From Oopsacas minuta (lineage: Eukaryota; Animalia; Porifera): a DNA stretch of 64,000 nucleotides. Below are positions 11,188 to 24,319 of this stretch, one piece after another. The position numbers and the translations under genes were made by a program. A model generated the notes under the pieces. That model was given only the letters and a program-made list of their open reading frames with translations, searched no databases and had not been told where the DNA came from. Every line of letters starts with the position of its first letter. Position 1 is the first letter of the stretch. Location of the stretch: the NCBI GenBank assembly GCA_024704765.1, contig JAKMXF010000313.1, positions 341,450 to 405,449 on the forward strand, written 5' to 3'.

Positions 11188-14100
11188 ATGGCGGCTACTA
11201 GCGGCTCGTTAGCCTTTGGTGACAATTTAACAGTACTGACGAAGAAAGATCTTGTCGAAGAATTGAATAAGCGAAATCTTAAAACGGTTGGAACTAAGGG
11301 TGTCCTCATAACCAGACTGAAATCTGTTCTCAAGAAAGAAAGTCAAGAAATGACAGAACCATCCCCTGAAATGGAAATACCGGAACACAAAGACGTCAGT
11401 CAAACAAACATAGATACTTTAAATTCATCAAAAGAAGACGAAATTCCTCTTCCTACATTCATATCCCCTGATTATGAGAATATTGATTCTGCTCAAGGAT
11501 CCCCGGAGGATAAATTTGAGGATGACCAAGAGTCCAAGAAAGAACCTTCTCAAGAAATGGAAGATATTAATCAACAGGAGAAAGATCTGATGGATATTAG
11601 TAGTTCCTATTTTGAGCAGATTGATTCTATGTCAGACACTGGTGACCAACCAGAGGGTGTGTCAAATGATGCAGAGTATGAGGTTCTAAGCGATAAGGAA
11701 AATCCTGAAGACTTTGATGATTTCTGTCCGATAGAAGGAGACAGCTACGAACAAGACATGACTGAATTTGTCCAAACGGAAGGAGGAGAATTCATACCAG
11801 ATCAGCCTCTGCCTTCTGAAGTATCTGAGGTGTTGTTGTATGAAGATGAACCAGCTGATCTAGAGGTTATTGACTATCAGGGAGGTGATGAGCATACAGA
11901 ACCTATAGATTCACCAGATGAAGAGTTCCGCTTAGAGGGACAGGAACCTATATCTCCGTGTGATTCAGAGGAGTATCCTGTGGTCCTTCAAGAAACTACT
12001 GAGAAAAAGGAGAATAAAGCTAATTCAAATCAATCGAATGAAGATGAGGTTATACTCGATGTCGGAGGTGAAAAACTGGAAATCGATAATGTCGCTAAAA
12101 AGGATAAGTTTGATAAATACAAAGAAGTTAAGAATCAAGATCCTGAATGTAATCTCTGGATTAGTAACTTGTCAGAAGATACACGAGCTAGTACACTCAA
12201 GAATAAATTTACCCCACATGGCAATGTCATATCTGCGAAAATAGTCGCTAACGCATCGAAATCTGGCGAAAAGAACAAATTCTTCGGTTATGTAATTATG
12301 AGTAATGCAGAAGAAGCAGCTAAATGTATTCGAGATTTGACTAACTCAGAGATTGATGGAAAGCAGGTAATAGTTGAAATTGCTAAGGCTACTCTTCCTA
12401 ATGTTGTTTCTAGATCTGGGAGGCTAGAGGAGAGAGAGAAGAGAGATCACTCAGATCGGGGGGACTCCAGTCGATCTGGGAAGAGAGATAACTTTCAAGG
12501 TCGCAGGATAATTCTTGTAAGAGGAGAAAACGGACAGAAATTAGTGCGGGTTAGAGACAGCAATCATTCAGCTGATAGTAGAACACATTACTCCTCTGTT
12601 AGACAGGTTAGAGAGGTTAGAAATGTAAGATCTCATCGTAGTGCCTCTCCTCGTGACCGCAGGATATCTATAGACAGACGAAATAGGTATTCTCCGCCTC
12701 CAAACCTCAGAGAAATGCATTCCAATGATCCATATCGTCGTCGTGTGGTCAGCAGGGATTATCCTTCATCCTCAAGCGGAATGGACAGCAAGAACTACGG
12801 ATCTTACAGAGGACGTGGTTTGCATCAGGATTCTGGTTATGGTCGTGACGTATATTCCTCTCCGCGAATGAACCACTCTATGCGAGGGGTGGGCATGCAT
12901 TCGCCGAGGTCGTTTGACCCCACTGGTGAGAAATCTAGGAGAGATGAGGATAAGAGGAGAATGGTTGACGAGATTAGAAGACATGAACAGCTGGAGAATG
13001 AAATTCGAAAACGCGAGCAAAGAGACAAAGAACGTCTATTGAAACAAATGCATGCTAGGGAAGCCGTAAAGGAGCAAGAATTTCGTGAGAGAGAAAGACA
13101 ACTACATGAACGAGAACAAAACGAAAGACAGAAGAGAATGATGCTTGAAGAAGCACTCAGAAGTAAGGAAAAGAGAGAACGAGAATTGTTAAAAGAAAAG
13201 GAAATTCAATCAAAAATGTTGCAAGATCGAGAGCGTCTACTCGCTAAGCGCGACAAAGATGCTCAAAACCTGACTCAACTCCAACAAGAGTTGATTATCC
13301 TTGAACAGAAGCAGAAAGATGAAAAGTTAAAACTCGAACAAAGGTTGAAAGAGTATCAGAACAGGGAGAAGATTTTTGAAATGGAGCAACAGGATAGACA
13401 TAGAAAGGATATGGAAGCTAAAGTTAGAATGGATGAAGACCAGGAGAGGAGAATGAAAGAGTCCAAGAAGCGTTATGAGGATATGTCTACCCCAAGACAA
13501 ACAATAAAACGACCTTTCGAAGAATCAAGAAGAGAATATTCTGAGAAACGGGTAAGAGATGATCCACATAGTCAGTTCTATCCTTCTGGAGATAATCAGA
13601 GATGGAAGGATGTTGACCGATCGAAGGGTTCTGCTCCTAGCCACGCCTACAGGCCGGATAGTTATCCTAAGAGAGGAGCTCCTCCCCAGCACTCCACCCA
13701 CTCCTCTGGTCACGGGACTCGTTATCCCAAACAATCTGAAGATTACTACGATAATACTGATTCAGGTAGCCATTCTTATTCCCATGCTACTCGACCATAC
13801 TCATCGCGTGGTGGGCATTCTTATAGGGGTAGAAACTTTCCAACCAAATATTCAGACAATGAGAGATCCATGGTCCAGTCAGGCCAGAGCAAGAAAATGA
13901 GGGATCACAGTCCCTCCCCCCAGGACCGTTATTCTTATCCTCGGTCAGAGCGGCACTCTATGAGTGGGAGTGGGAGTCAGTCTCACAAGTCTCATTCAGA
14001 CAGTCGGTCTGGTCCGCCCTCAGGGTCTTCCGGGATGGGAGGCAGACAGAGTGACAGATACGGAGAGAGGCAGTCTAGTGGAAAGAGCATGCATCGTGAC

Positions 14101-14400
14101 AGCTCAGGACACGGGATCGGTGAATGGCACTCTCGCTCTTATGGCTCCAGTTCAGGGCAGCAAAGTGGATACTCAGAACAGAGACCTCTTTCTTTTGACA
14201 AGCTCCCTAGACCTCCCATGCCCTCCTTTAGTCTCCCACCCACCCCTGTCTTGCCTGGAGCACCCGGTGGCTTCATGAATCCGAGTGCTCTGGGGCACAA
14301 TGCAGCTGCTGCTCTACTCACAAGTTTCAGTCTCCATCAGCATCAAGGAGCTCTCAGGGCCCCCTTCCAGCCCAATTTCAATCCTAACTACAGACAGTAA
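11188..14400 (+). CDS. SAFB: Scaffold attachment factor B/SLTM-like protein (SAP, acidic region, RRM, R/E coiled coil, G/S-rich tail), single exon
   Basis: SAP domain (LTKKDLVEELNKRNLKTVGTKGVLITRL), RRM (NLWISNLS...FFGYVIM) and RE-rich coil. First plausible ATG at 11188; the ORF track starts upstream at 11095. Confidence 0.8.
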   Translation: MAATSGSLAFGDNLTVLTKKDLVEELNKRNLKTVGTKGVLITRLKSVLKKESQEMTEPSPEMEIPEHKDVSQTNIDTLNSSKEDEIPLPTFISPDYENIDSAQGSPEDKFEDDQESKKEPSQEMEDINQQEKDLMDISSSYFEQIDSMSDTGDQPEGVSNDAEYEVLSDKENPEDFDDFCPIEGDSYEQDMTEFVQTEGGEFIPDQPLPSEVSEVLLYEDEPADLEVIDYQGGDEHTEPIDSPDEEFRLEGQEPISPCDSEEYPVVLQETTEKKENKANSNQSNEDEVILDVGGEKLEIDNVAKKDKFDKYKEVKNQDPECNLWISNLSEDTRASTLKNKFTPHGNVISAKIVANASKSGEKNKFFGYVIMSNAEEAAKCIRDLTNSEIDGKQVIVEIAKATLPNVVSRSGRLEEREKRDHSDRGDSSRSGKRDNFQGRRIILVRGENGQKLVRVRDSNHSADSRTHYSSVRQVREVRNVRSHRSASPRDRRISIDRRNRYSPPPNLREMHSNDPYRRRVVSRDYPSSSSGMDSKNYGSYRGRGLHQDSGYGRDVYSSPRMNHSMRGVGMHSPRSFDPTGEKSRRDEDKRRMVDEIRRHEQLENEIRKREQRDKERLLKQMHAREAVKEQEFRERERQLHEREQNERQKRMMLEEALRSKEKRERELLKEKEIQSKMLQDRERLLAKRDKDAQNLTQLQQELIILEQKQKDEKLKLEQRLKEYQNREKIFEMEQQDRHRKDMEAKVRMDEDQERRMKESKKRYEDMSTPRQTIKRPFEESRREYSEKRVRDDPHSQFYPSGDNQRWKDVDRSKGSAPSHAYRPDSYPKRGAPPQHSTHSSGHGTRYPKQSEDYYDNTDSGSHSYSHATRPYSSRGGHSYRGRNFPTKYSDNERSMVQSGQSKKMRDHSPSPQDRYSYPRSERHSMSGSGSQSHKSHSDSRSGPPSGSSGMGGRQSDRYGERQSSGKSMHRDSSGHGIGEWHSRSYGSSSGQQSGYSEQRPLSFDKLPRPPMPSFSLPPTPVLPGAPGGFMNPSALGHNAAAALLTSFSLHQHQGALRAPFQPNFNPNYRQ

Positions 14401-16248
14401 TCTGTCTATCCTCTCACTAATTCCTAGTTAGTTAAGAAAGAAAAACTTAAGACAAATAGTGAATACACAGTAATTAGTTTATGTTATTTAGAGCTGTTAG
14501 TTATAAACAAGGTTTGAACTCTCCAGAATCTATTCTCATTCTATCAAGATTTGGATTATTAATCTTGTCCTTCTAATTGCAATTGTGGAACAGTGATATA
14601 ATAATACCCCGAGTACCCATTATTCATAAAAATACTACATTTACTTCTCAGTAGTTTATCATATCGAGTATGGAATGTTTACAAATATGGTTAAGCAATG
14701 AGTTATTGATTACGTATCTATTTTGTGGAAACTTGGCACTAATGTTGTATCTGTCGTGGCCGCGTGTGCAAGGTGCTAGGTGTCCCAAGTGGACTATTAG
14801 TGAACATGCCTATTTATGGAAGTAAACTTTATGGACAATTCGACAATTGAGTATTTGGGTAGTTAATTAGAGAAATAGACATTTAAAATTCACGCATTGT
14901 ATATCAAATGGAAATATACCAGTTTATAACAACATATTCAGTGTCTCATCAATTCCCCTCAAGTTAATTGATATATTCAATTTTATAAGCGTTGCACTGA
15001 TCTAGCTATTTTTACGAATACAGTTACTCCATTATCCTGCTACAATTCGCTTTATGCTTGATATTACTTTGATAAGGATTGTCAGCCGAGGGTTTGTCAA
15101 AACCAGCCCTAACCCTCACTATCTAACATTGGTAATTCCAGCAATATAGTTCACTAAAATATCCTTGCTTCTGCCACATTTTGAGGCTGAATACGCGCTT
15201 GCCTTCCTCCAAGACTTAATTTTCCAGTATTTAGAATCTAAGAAACGAATTTCCAATTACAGATTCAAGATATGAATTTAGCAGAAAATGTTTGGAAGAT
15301 AAATAATGTAATATAACGATATTCTTAGTATATTTGCATACAAGCTTCAAGAATAAAATTTACAGATAATATTTATTTTTCTTCAACCGGGGTTCTCAAT
15401 AGGCGGGGCAAATCTGCCCGCGGAAGAATCTGAGATTGACATTTTGTTATTTCATTTAGTGTACTAAGCTAAGGTCGAGAGCTCCTATGTATTTATCATG
15501 AATATTTCTATCTTATACCGGATAATTGAGTTCTTAATCCTGAATATGGTGATTAGTCTGCCCTACAAAGCTCAATCATGACCCTGATATACTGCTGAAT
15601 ATCTCCCCGAAAAGGCCGACTGAAAATGTGTTATTACCATACATCTCGAGAAATATACTATTAAATGCAATTAATCTGTATGTGTTGCGTCACTTGTGTG
15701 TATAGCTATGTTTGTAAGTTCGGAATTGATTGAAGAAACTGTAAGACCCTCAGGGCTGATTTTTGGCACATCCCTTTAACTGCCATATATTATTATGGCG
15801 AATTTGTTATAGTATTTAACTGCCCCTTTTAACACTATTTTCTTTGAAATACAATTTAGTTATATCCCTATGTCTGATTTATTTCTCACCTTCTAGTTGG
15901 TGATTACTCAGCATTGTATTCTCTTCACTAATATATAGTTGTCATTGACAAAATATTAGCCACTTACAATATTTTCACAGATTTGTGATATATTCTTACG
16001 TAAGATTGGTATACTATACATATAGCTATAATCCTTGGTTATACCTACTGATTTCAACAATTTGACGGTAATTTGATAATTTATCTTCATTTTCTGCGAA
16101 TTATTATGATGACGTTGCTAATCTCATTTTGGGCACATTTATAGTAACAAAATACTTCGTCATTCTATTCAAAAAAATCAGTTTTGACGACTGATAATGA
16201 TTCTGTTATGGAATTTCTCCTGATCGATCAAGTCAACCGACTAGGTTT

Positions 16249-16870
16249 ATGCATCCAGATAGCCCAAGAATTAGCGATGTTTCCAGTGAATCTTACTGTT
16301 CCTTTTCCGATGATTCCGATAGTAACTTATATGCTCATCAAATTATCGAGTCTACTGATATTACCCCAAATTCACGCCTGAATGATTGGAATGATACTCC
16401 ATCAATGAAATCAAGCACTTCATCAGTATTTTACTCTGCTTTGGTCTAGTTTCCCTGTCACATATTTCTTCATATTGGAAAAAGTCAAAGCTATACAATA
16501 ACAAACTAATCCCTTACTTATGGGTAGAAATAGATTCGAAATATTAATCAGAATGTGGTACTTTGTGGATAATGAGGATCGTGATATATTAGATAGATTG
16601 GCAAAAATATGTCCATTGATTACTATGTTATCCCAAAATAATAAAGAGATTTATAATCCTGGAAAAATATTGTTATTGATGAAAGTATGGTAGCCTGGAA
16701 AGGTAAATTATTCTTTCGTCAATATATAAAGCGCAAGAAACACAAATATGAAATCAAATTGTTCAAATAATTTGATTCCATATTTGTGTCGAAAACGCTT
16801 CTACATATACATTTGAAGTTTATTGTAGTGCTAGGGAAATTTAGGAGAAGGGACAGGCTTACAGTACAGT
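16249..16870 (+). mobile_element. piggyBac (PGBD4-like) transposase relic
   Basis: Broken frames read FEILIRMWYFVDN...DRLAKICPL and VIDESMVAWKGKLFFRQYIKRKKHKYEIKLF (16672-16770), the piggyBac IDESM motif, preceded by an S/D-rich N-terminus. Confidence 0.8.
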
Positions 16871-19574
16871 ATACGCAATAATCGGAAAGGTATACCAAAG
16901 GTTGTAAAACATCAAAACTAAAGATTGGTGAACACATAGCCAGGGCATATATACCCAATATTTATGAACAAATATGTAGAAATATGGGAATTGAGGCAAA
17001 ACTTAGCACAAATATATTCTTAACATGAATATAATGGCTGATGAATGAAAACGAATGCATAGGATAAATGTATAAATGTTGGAGGCCAATAATAACATTT
17101 TTCCGAATTGTCAGTCTTAGATGACTGCGCACGGGGGTATCGTCAGTCACCGATGACTGACTGACAAGCAGCTAAACTGTTGTATCTGCTAGGGTAAATG
17201 TTGACACTTGAAACATGTTGTTTTCACATCTCAGAGGTAGATGTTGACGTTATAACTTTCAGGATATTTTCTTAAATATATTTTATGGATTCGTTTTTCT
17301 AAATAGCATTTTATGGCCTCTTAATAGGAAATTTTCATTATAATATACTAATGCTATCAAATGCAAATGTAAGAATTATAGTAGTTTCCGGATGAAAATA
17401 CATACCCTATATGATTTTCGGAATTATCCCAAGATGATACCGATAACCGATGATAGGTCTGCCAGTTATAATAGAGCGTCCCGAACTGAAATATTTGTCA
17501 GTGGATTCGACGGTCCTATTATCATAAACTGAGTAAAGCCAGTTCACTCAGTTTATGATAATTGCAAACTGTTTCCAGATACAGATATGCAAAAACTTTT
17601 CGGTAGGCTTTATGATCATCCCTTCTCAATGAAATTATGCCAAATGTTCAATTGAAGTCGCGTTAACCACTGAGAAATACAAAATATCAACTGACTTATT
17701 CTATTCAATAACTAGTATGTTGTATAGTAAGTATAACTATAACGGGCTCGTCAAAAGGTCTTCAAAGATCCCATTCGTCAAGCATGTTCTACTACTAAAT
17801 ATTTGTAAAATTTTGGACCTCGATAGCCATATTGACAAATAATACATACTGGGCCAGATGAAGGTTAAGTAACCTGGTCAAATATTTGAGCGATTTGACC
17901 TGACCTGAAGTGACCTGATTCAGGTTACTTCAGGTCATTTTCAGCTAATTTACAGGTTATTTGCAGGTCATTCAGAATATTTTTAGCTTATTTCAGGCTT
18001 CATTAAATTTACGCTATTCTTTCTTTTTTTGATAATCTTACCTTGCTAATCCCGTCACTTAATTAACTTGTAAATTGAGTAGAATTACAGGCAGCCCTCA
18101 CCGTTCGCGATGTATTCCCTCGATTATTCGCGGTTTTTGTTCCGAGTTATGTCAGTTTGATAGAAAATTTGCAATTTTTATATTTGTATGCATTACTATG
18201 GCAAAAATGTATGTTTTATCGATGAACAGCCCACTTACATTGGACATTTTATCTAATTCCAACATTTCTAGTGTTTTTGTGGTATTTTAATCACGTGAAA
18301 ACAGAAACTTCTCTTCTTAACAATAAGCAAGTTTTAGCCTCTTATGCTTACACAAGTAATATTTTAACTCAGTGAATACAATTAACCTTTTTTAAAACTC
18401 ATAATCCTAAGGGTTAGCTTCCACTTGTTAAATAGCGGTAAACAGCGACGTAGAATTCGACATTAACATTTTAAAATGTCTAACAAGAATATTAAAATTC
18501 AATTTTATCTTTGCTAAAATGGATAATTAGTGGAATAGCATAATTTCAATAATCCATTAAAATCAATTTGATAAATTTAAGTCGGCACGGACGGTGATTT
18601 TAGATTTTTCATTATAAAGTTTGCACGTTTCTGAGTTATCGACAGATCATGGATGTCACATGTTTTGCCAATATCTACTTATAACTGGATAATCGTGGAA
18701 GTTATGGTCAAATCAGGAAAGGAATTTTATAGTATTCACCCAACCTCCCTTACCCTTGTGATACATTTTGATATGATAGCCCTCAAAATTACTGCGCAAT
18801 CTCAAAAATGACCATATATGGGTGTATATATGATTACGTGATATTGGAAAGAGATATCATATCAATATGTTCACAAGGGTACGGGAGGTTGGGCGTAATT
18901 AGAAATGCCTATCCTGATTTGACCATAATTTCCACGATTATCGAGTGATAAGTGGCTATTGGCAAAACATGTGACATCCATGATCTGTTCGATAACTCAG
19001 AAACGTGCAAACTTCATCATGAAAAATTCTTATTTTTGTACAGAGACAGTTTTGGATCATTTGGTATTTCAACATTTTGAACATAGATTAATAATTAATG
19101 TTCTACATGGTTTCAAAGATGGAGCAGTTGTTAATATATATTTACCATTTACGCTAAGAAATGACGTCACTTCGATCTGAAAATTTTCACAAGTGTGGCT
19201 TTAGGGAATTCCTACATATCAATAATACATTTATTAAAATGTATCAGTTTCTTATTATCAGCGACTATACAATTCCCGATCAAAATATATCCACTTCTTC
19301 TTATCCCTGGTCCAGTGAAAATTGACTCAGTGATCAGGCCTTATCTTTGGAGGCTATGATTTGATCTATATTATGTCAACATCTACCGTATGTTCGGAAT
19401 TGAATGAATAAGCTGGGAGACCCCAGGGCTAATTTTGGCATATATTGGGCCTTGCTCGGAAGACTTTGATTCTTGGGCGAAAGTTCACACCTATGAAATT
19501 ATTGCGTAAAAATCAGATTATTAGAGCTCCAGTATTACCACAGAATGCCATTAAATGGAATTTGGATGATCCAT

Positions 19575-20722
19575 GGATAATCTATATTATTAAATCTCAA
19601 TTGTTGTTTGTTTGTTTGTCCGTTGTCAAGGAAAGGATTTACGGTATGCAATTTTGAAATTGTCGCAAAACTATGTATTTATCGTGTTTATCAAGGAAGT
19701 AAATAAAATTTAATAAACTTCACTAAATATATGAAACATGCTGAATCCGATTTTCACACTTTTGGATTAATCATATGTAAATTTATTGTTGTTTTTATGA
19801 ATATAAAGTAAACAAATTTCAAAATTAAGGTGAATCATACTTTCAACGACTATCCTGGAGTATTTGAGTAGGCTGAGCCCAATTATGGAATTATAAACAA
19901 CATATTGTGAATTTTTGTTTACTTTTAGGTACATAAAGTAAACAAATTTCAAAATTGAGGTAGAAACATGCTTTCAACGACTATCCTGGGGCAGGCACGT
20001 AGCTACAGGGGGGCAAGGGGGGGGCAGTTCCCCCCCCAGATAAATTTGGAAGTTTTCGTTTTTCTATACATTGTAGTTAGCTTATTAGCAACCAGCTTTC
20101 AGGTCCAAACGGGATTATAATGTTAATTTCATTGCCCTATTAGCAACCAAATTTCTGCAAAATCCGAGTTGCTAATAAGCGAACTCCACTGTAGTTAATA
20201 GCCTATGTACTTCAACTGCATCGTCAAAACTATGAGGTTAATAACTCGCGTTGCGATTATGGTTTTAATACTAGATGTAGACTAGTCTAGTGCTCCCTAA
20301 CTTAGTAATCTGGTACTTGATGAATTAAAAAGGTTATACATGTAAGAAAAGGAGACTGGGTCGTACTTGTTATACACAAGTAATTAACTTTTCAAAAATA
20401 TTTATCCCTGCAATTGCCCCCCTGAATTTCTTGCTCTAAATACGTGCCTGTCCTGGGGTAATTGAGTATACTAAGTCCGAATATGGTATTGTAAACAATA
20501 TATTGTGAATTTTTGTCTACTTTTTAGGTACATAAAGTAAACAAATTTCAAAATTGTTGTAGAAACATGCTTTCAATGGTTATACTGTGATAATAGTGTG
20601 TGCTGAATCTGAATATTGTAAACAATATCAATATTATTAAATCTTAATTGTTGTTTGTCCGTTGGATACCCCGAGGCGCAATGCGTCGAGTTCATCGCGA
20701 AGCGACGAGCCAGAGGCTCGTA
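19575..20722 (+). repeat. Interspersed repeat family A (Helentron/HINE-like), composite copy with about 130-bp internal subrepeats
   Basis: (GTTT)nGTCCG microsatellite, three subrepeat units, terminal GC-rich hairpin ACGAGCC-AGA-GGCTCGT. 19575-19775 matches 25231-25438 in reverse. Confidence 0.65.
19992..20450. mobile_element. hAT MITE (459 bp) nested in family A repeat
   Basis: Perfect 10-bp TIR CAGGCACGTA / TACGTGCCTG; 8-bp TSD TCCTGGGG at 19984-19991 and 20451-20458. Confidence 0.9.
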
Positions 20723-21444
20723 AAAAATTAAATTCTGATCAAAAATTAACCTTGAGGCAATTATTGCCGATTATCCCGTTTGCGTATGGACCCAAAAGCA
20801 CTGACAAATGTAGCTGTTACATACTTATGCTGAAACAAGGTACAAAGCTCAAGGCTACTTCCGCCCGTCCACCGCGACCTAGCAAGCGAAGCGCGCTAGT
20901 AATGACAAGGCGAATAGTTAATTTGCCTTATACATCTGTCACCCATTAAATCACTGAAACACATGGTTTAAACACAGCTTGGAAAGCAGCATTTTTCTCT
21001 CTAAAATAGCTTTTGCGAACCGCATGGTGAGATAACATATTTTAGGTAATTGAAACTCATACTTTGATACCATATTCCTATATGTCACTAATAAATACCT
21101 AAGCTCTATCATACATATTTCCGAGATATGTGGTAATAACACATTTTCCAGTCTGCCTTCTCGGGGAAATATTTAGCCGTTCATTAAGTAGGCCATGGCT
21201 CAATCTAGGCTTAGGAAAATATACTTTGCCCCTTGAAAGAAATTAATTGAGAACCCTGCTCTGCTACATGTGTATTTTGTATCCACTCTCTTACTTACTA
21301 TTTATCTAATATCGTGTATACGTATGTGTCACGATATAGTCAGGATATTAAGTATGAATTCTAATTACACGAAGTATCGAGCTATCATGAACACAAAATT
21401 AACCAACAAGATATATTATTATTTTCTATTTCAAGTTCTGTTTC

Positions 21445-21990
21445 ATGTCAGATTCTCCCAAAATAACACCAGCTGATCTGGATTATCTTGCTATGAATGA
21501 AGTGATTTTCATCTTACCAGGATTCTCTCTAGGAAGGATTACACTTATCTTGGGAGACTTTGGTCCTTTTGTCCCTTCCATAGCTACAAAAGCACCTCTG
21601 TGGTTTGCTCTGTACCTGAAAGAACGCAAGTTATGTCAGATACAAGTTCCATCATGGCTGACTTGTGAATGGTTAGAGACAAAACGAAATGAAGAGCGGA
21701 GCGATCCAGATGGACCCCTACATCCAATCCACCTCCATTATATGGAGATATCTTCCATCTTATTGAACCATGCTTCTGATGATATCCCGCAAGCAGAAGA
21801 GATCAGAACACTCATTAAAGATATTTGGGATATGCGTATGTCCAAATTACGTAGGAGTATTAGTATTATGATTAAAGAACAGCATGTACATGCTCAAGTC
21901 AAAAATATATCTTATATGGAATTGTTTTGTATTCGTCCTCATCTCTGTAATTCTCTATTCTTAATAGATCACATACAAAAGGCTTCATAA
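21445..21990 (+). CDS. GINS2: GINS complex subunit Psf2, single exon
   Basis: GDFGPFVP...APLWFALYLKERKLCQIQVPSWL and IRTLIKDIWDMRMSKLR match Psf2; full length of 181 aa. Confidence 0.93.
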   Translation: MSDSPKITPADLDYLAMNEVIFILPGFSLGRITLILGDFGPFVPSIATKAPLWFALYLKERKLCQIQVPSWLTCEWLETKRNEERSDPDGPLHPIHLHYMEISSILLNHASDDIPQAEEIRTLIKDIWDMRMSKLRRSISIMIKEQHVHAQVKNISYMELFCIRPHLCNSLFLIDHIQKAS

Positions 21991-22719
21991 ATTACTTTAT
22001 TCTGATTTTTTGAAATTATTTCACTTTTCGAGAATCTGCAGATTGTTACTTAGAAGATATTATACTGGATATGTGTTCGGTTCTATAATCATGCATCAAT
22101 AGTTTTCCAAGTTTATATCTGTTCGGACATAAATTATGTATCTGATTTTATCTTCTATCCGCCCTTTGTTTTTTGAAAATTCTAAATAATGCGCTAGTTT
22201 GTGTACAATCAAAGTTTAATTTAATTTTTGTACGTACAGTCTTACAGTAGTTGATTTCAATAATGCTCGAATTAGATGATGAAATCGACTATATTTTATT
22301 GTTCCATCATGATGACTAATCAGATAGAAACACAATTGAAATTTGACTTTGCGATGAAAAACTTCAATATTTAAATAAATAAGGCAATAGAACCTCCCAA
22401 ATGGACAAGTCTGGAGAGTTAGACACATTTCCGAGGTTCCACTTTTAGAGTTCTACCTGTATTAATAAGAGACACCGACAATTTTACATTTGACCACTCA
22501 AAGGTGTAATTCAAATGTGATAAATTGAATATAGAGTATGGCTATTTGAAACTTCAGTGAAACCTCCGTTAGTGAACTACTCTGATTAGTGAACAAAAAC
22601 TTTTGCCCAAATTGGTTAACTATAAAGAGGTTTGACGGTAATTTTGTATGTTCTGGAGAATGTTAAGTATCTACCGCGGGACAGGTTGAAATAAATTATT
22701 ATACTTGTAGTATTTACTT

Positions 22720-23760
22720 GCATATTCATGCTACGGAATATGTTCCTTATGGCTGATGCTTAGCCTCAGGTAGCACTTTCCACAGACCCGTTCCTGTTGC
22801 TAGGAAGAGAGAGTACAGAGAAACTAGATGGCATCATAAGAGCTACTCAGATCAACAAGCAACAGCTGATCGATAGACTACACTGGTACAGAGACCAATA
22901 TAGAGCAAGTGAATATATAAAGGAGTTTATCAGATCTCTCAGCAATGAGAAATGATCCTAGCTGCTAATATCGATATTATCATGCAGCAGATAGATGATA
23001 TGGAGATTATTGAGACTAAGATTGATTTCAAAAAGAAACAAACCTAGACCACTTTTGGGAAATTGGATGAGGGAGAGAAGAGTTTAAGATTGGGTTTAAT
23101 AAGTAACACTTTTATGAAGAATAAAAACCTCTATTTGTTAGTGATTTTATGATAATTATATTTTTGGGTTTTCAGTATAGAAGGAACTTTACTGGATCAA
23201 TTTGGTAATGAAGAGCTAGAAGGACCTTTTTCCATGGAATCTGTTAATGATTGTATTTTCCTAATATGTTATTCGTCTAACTCTGAGCGATTATACATTC
23301 GTTAAAGAATTAGGAACTGTAGGTAAAGCAGCGGGCCAATTCAATCAACTTTTGTCAATTTGTGCATCCATGAACACTCTATTTGTTGCAAAATCCATTG
23401 TTCCCCTACGATACTTATCAAGACGCATACAGAGGATATCTGGATACGCTAACTATATTAACCAGGCATAATACATTTTGTATTCTGAGGACTCATCTTA
23501 TTGGGTTTACTGTAACCCTGAGGTTACACAATATATTATTCAACGTTTGGAATCCTCTCCTCAACCCGCTGCCATATCTAAAATGACACTTAGAATCTCA
23601 AATCACATATTGCTAACCAGAGCAAGGTATTCCTTGTCATAATGTGGGACTCTTCTTGAGAGACTGAAATCAGCATATTTTGATCATGATATTGGTAGAA
23701 ATTAGAGTTTGTGATTAAATAATTACAAACTTTAGAAAGATATTTAAAGTTTTGTTAGTA
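22720..23760 (+). pseudogene. Decayed coding relic, possibly B-box/coiled-coil/NHL-repeat (TRIM-NHL-like)
   Basis: Broken frames give a coiled-coil-like EKLDGIIRATQINKQQLIDRL, then LLDQFGNEELEGPFSMESVNDCIF and QFNQLLSICASMNTLFVA, resembling NHL repeats. Paralogous fragments at 25455-25860 and 59660-60200. Confidence 0.35.
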
Positions 23761-24319
23761 CACATAACGACTTGAAATATTTATTGATTGTATATATTGT
23801 ATTTGAATTTCTGCATTTTTGTTTATCTATATTTCGCCAACACGATCTATTATGAGTATTGTACTTACAATTCAGATAGAATTGATATGGCAATAGTAAT
23901 GAAGATTAATGACTAATGGTGATTGTCAAATTAAATCGTTATATCAAGCTCAAGGGACCGCGAGAATTACTTCGATATAAGTAGAGTTCTATAAATCCAT
24001 GTGTTCGATATAGCGAGAGTTGATTGTATGGTAGCAAGCCCTCCTTAATACATGCCAAATCAGCCAATCATAAAACTTATCAATTCCAAGGGCTAGATAA
24101 ATCATAAAGATAAATTTTGCTATTTATCGCCAGTTATTAAATAAGAAAGAATTATTATCAGAACGAAATCAGCTGGAGGAGACTAAGAAACCGGAACTAT
24201 TTATTTTTAATGGTGATATTAAACAGCTCACAGATATACTCGTAGTGACATCTATTTGTGTACCTGATTTTCCGATACGATACAAGATTTATTACAAAGA
24301 ATATCTGGATTTACTATCA

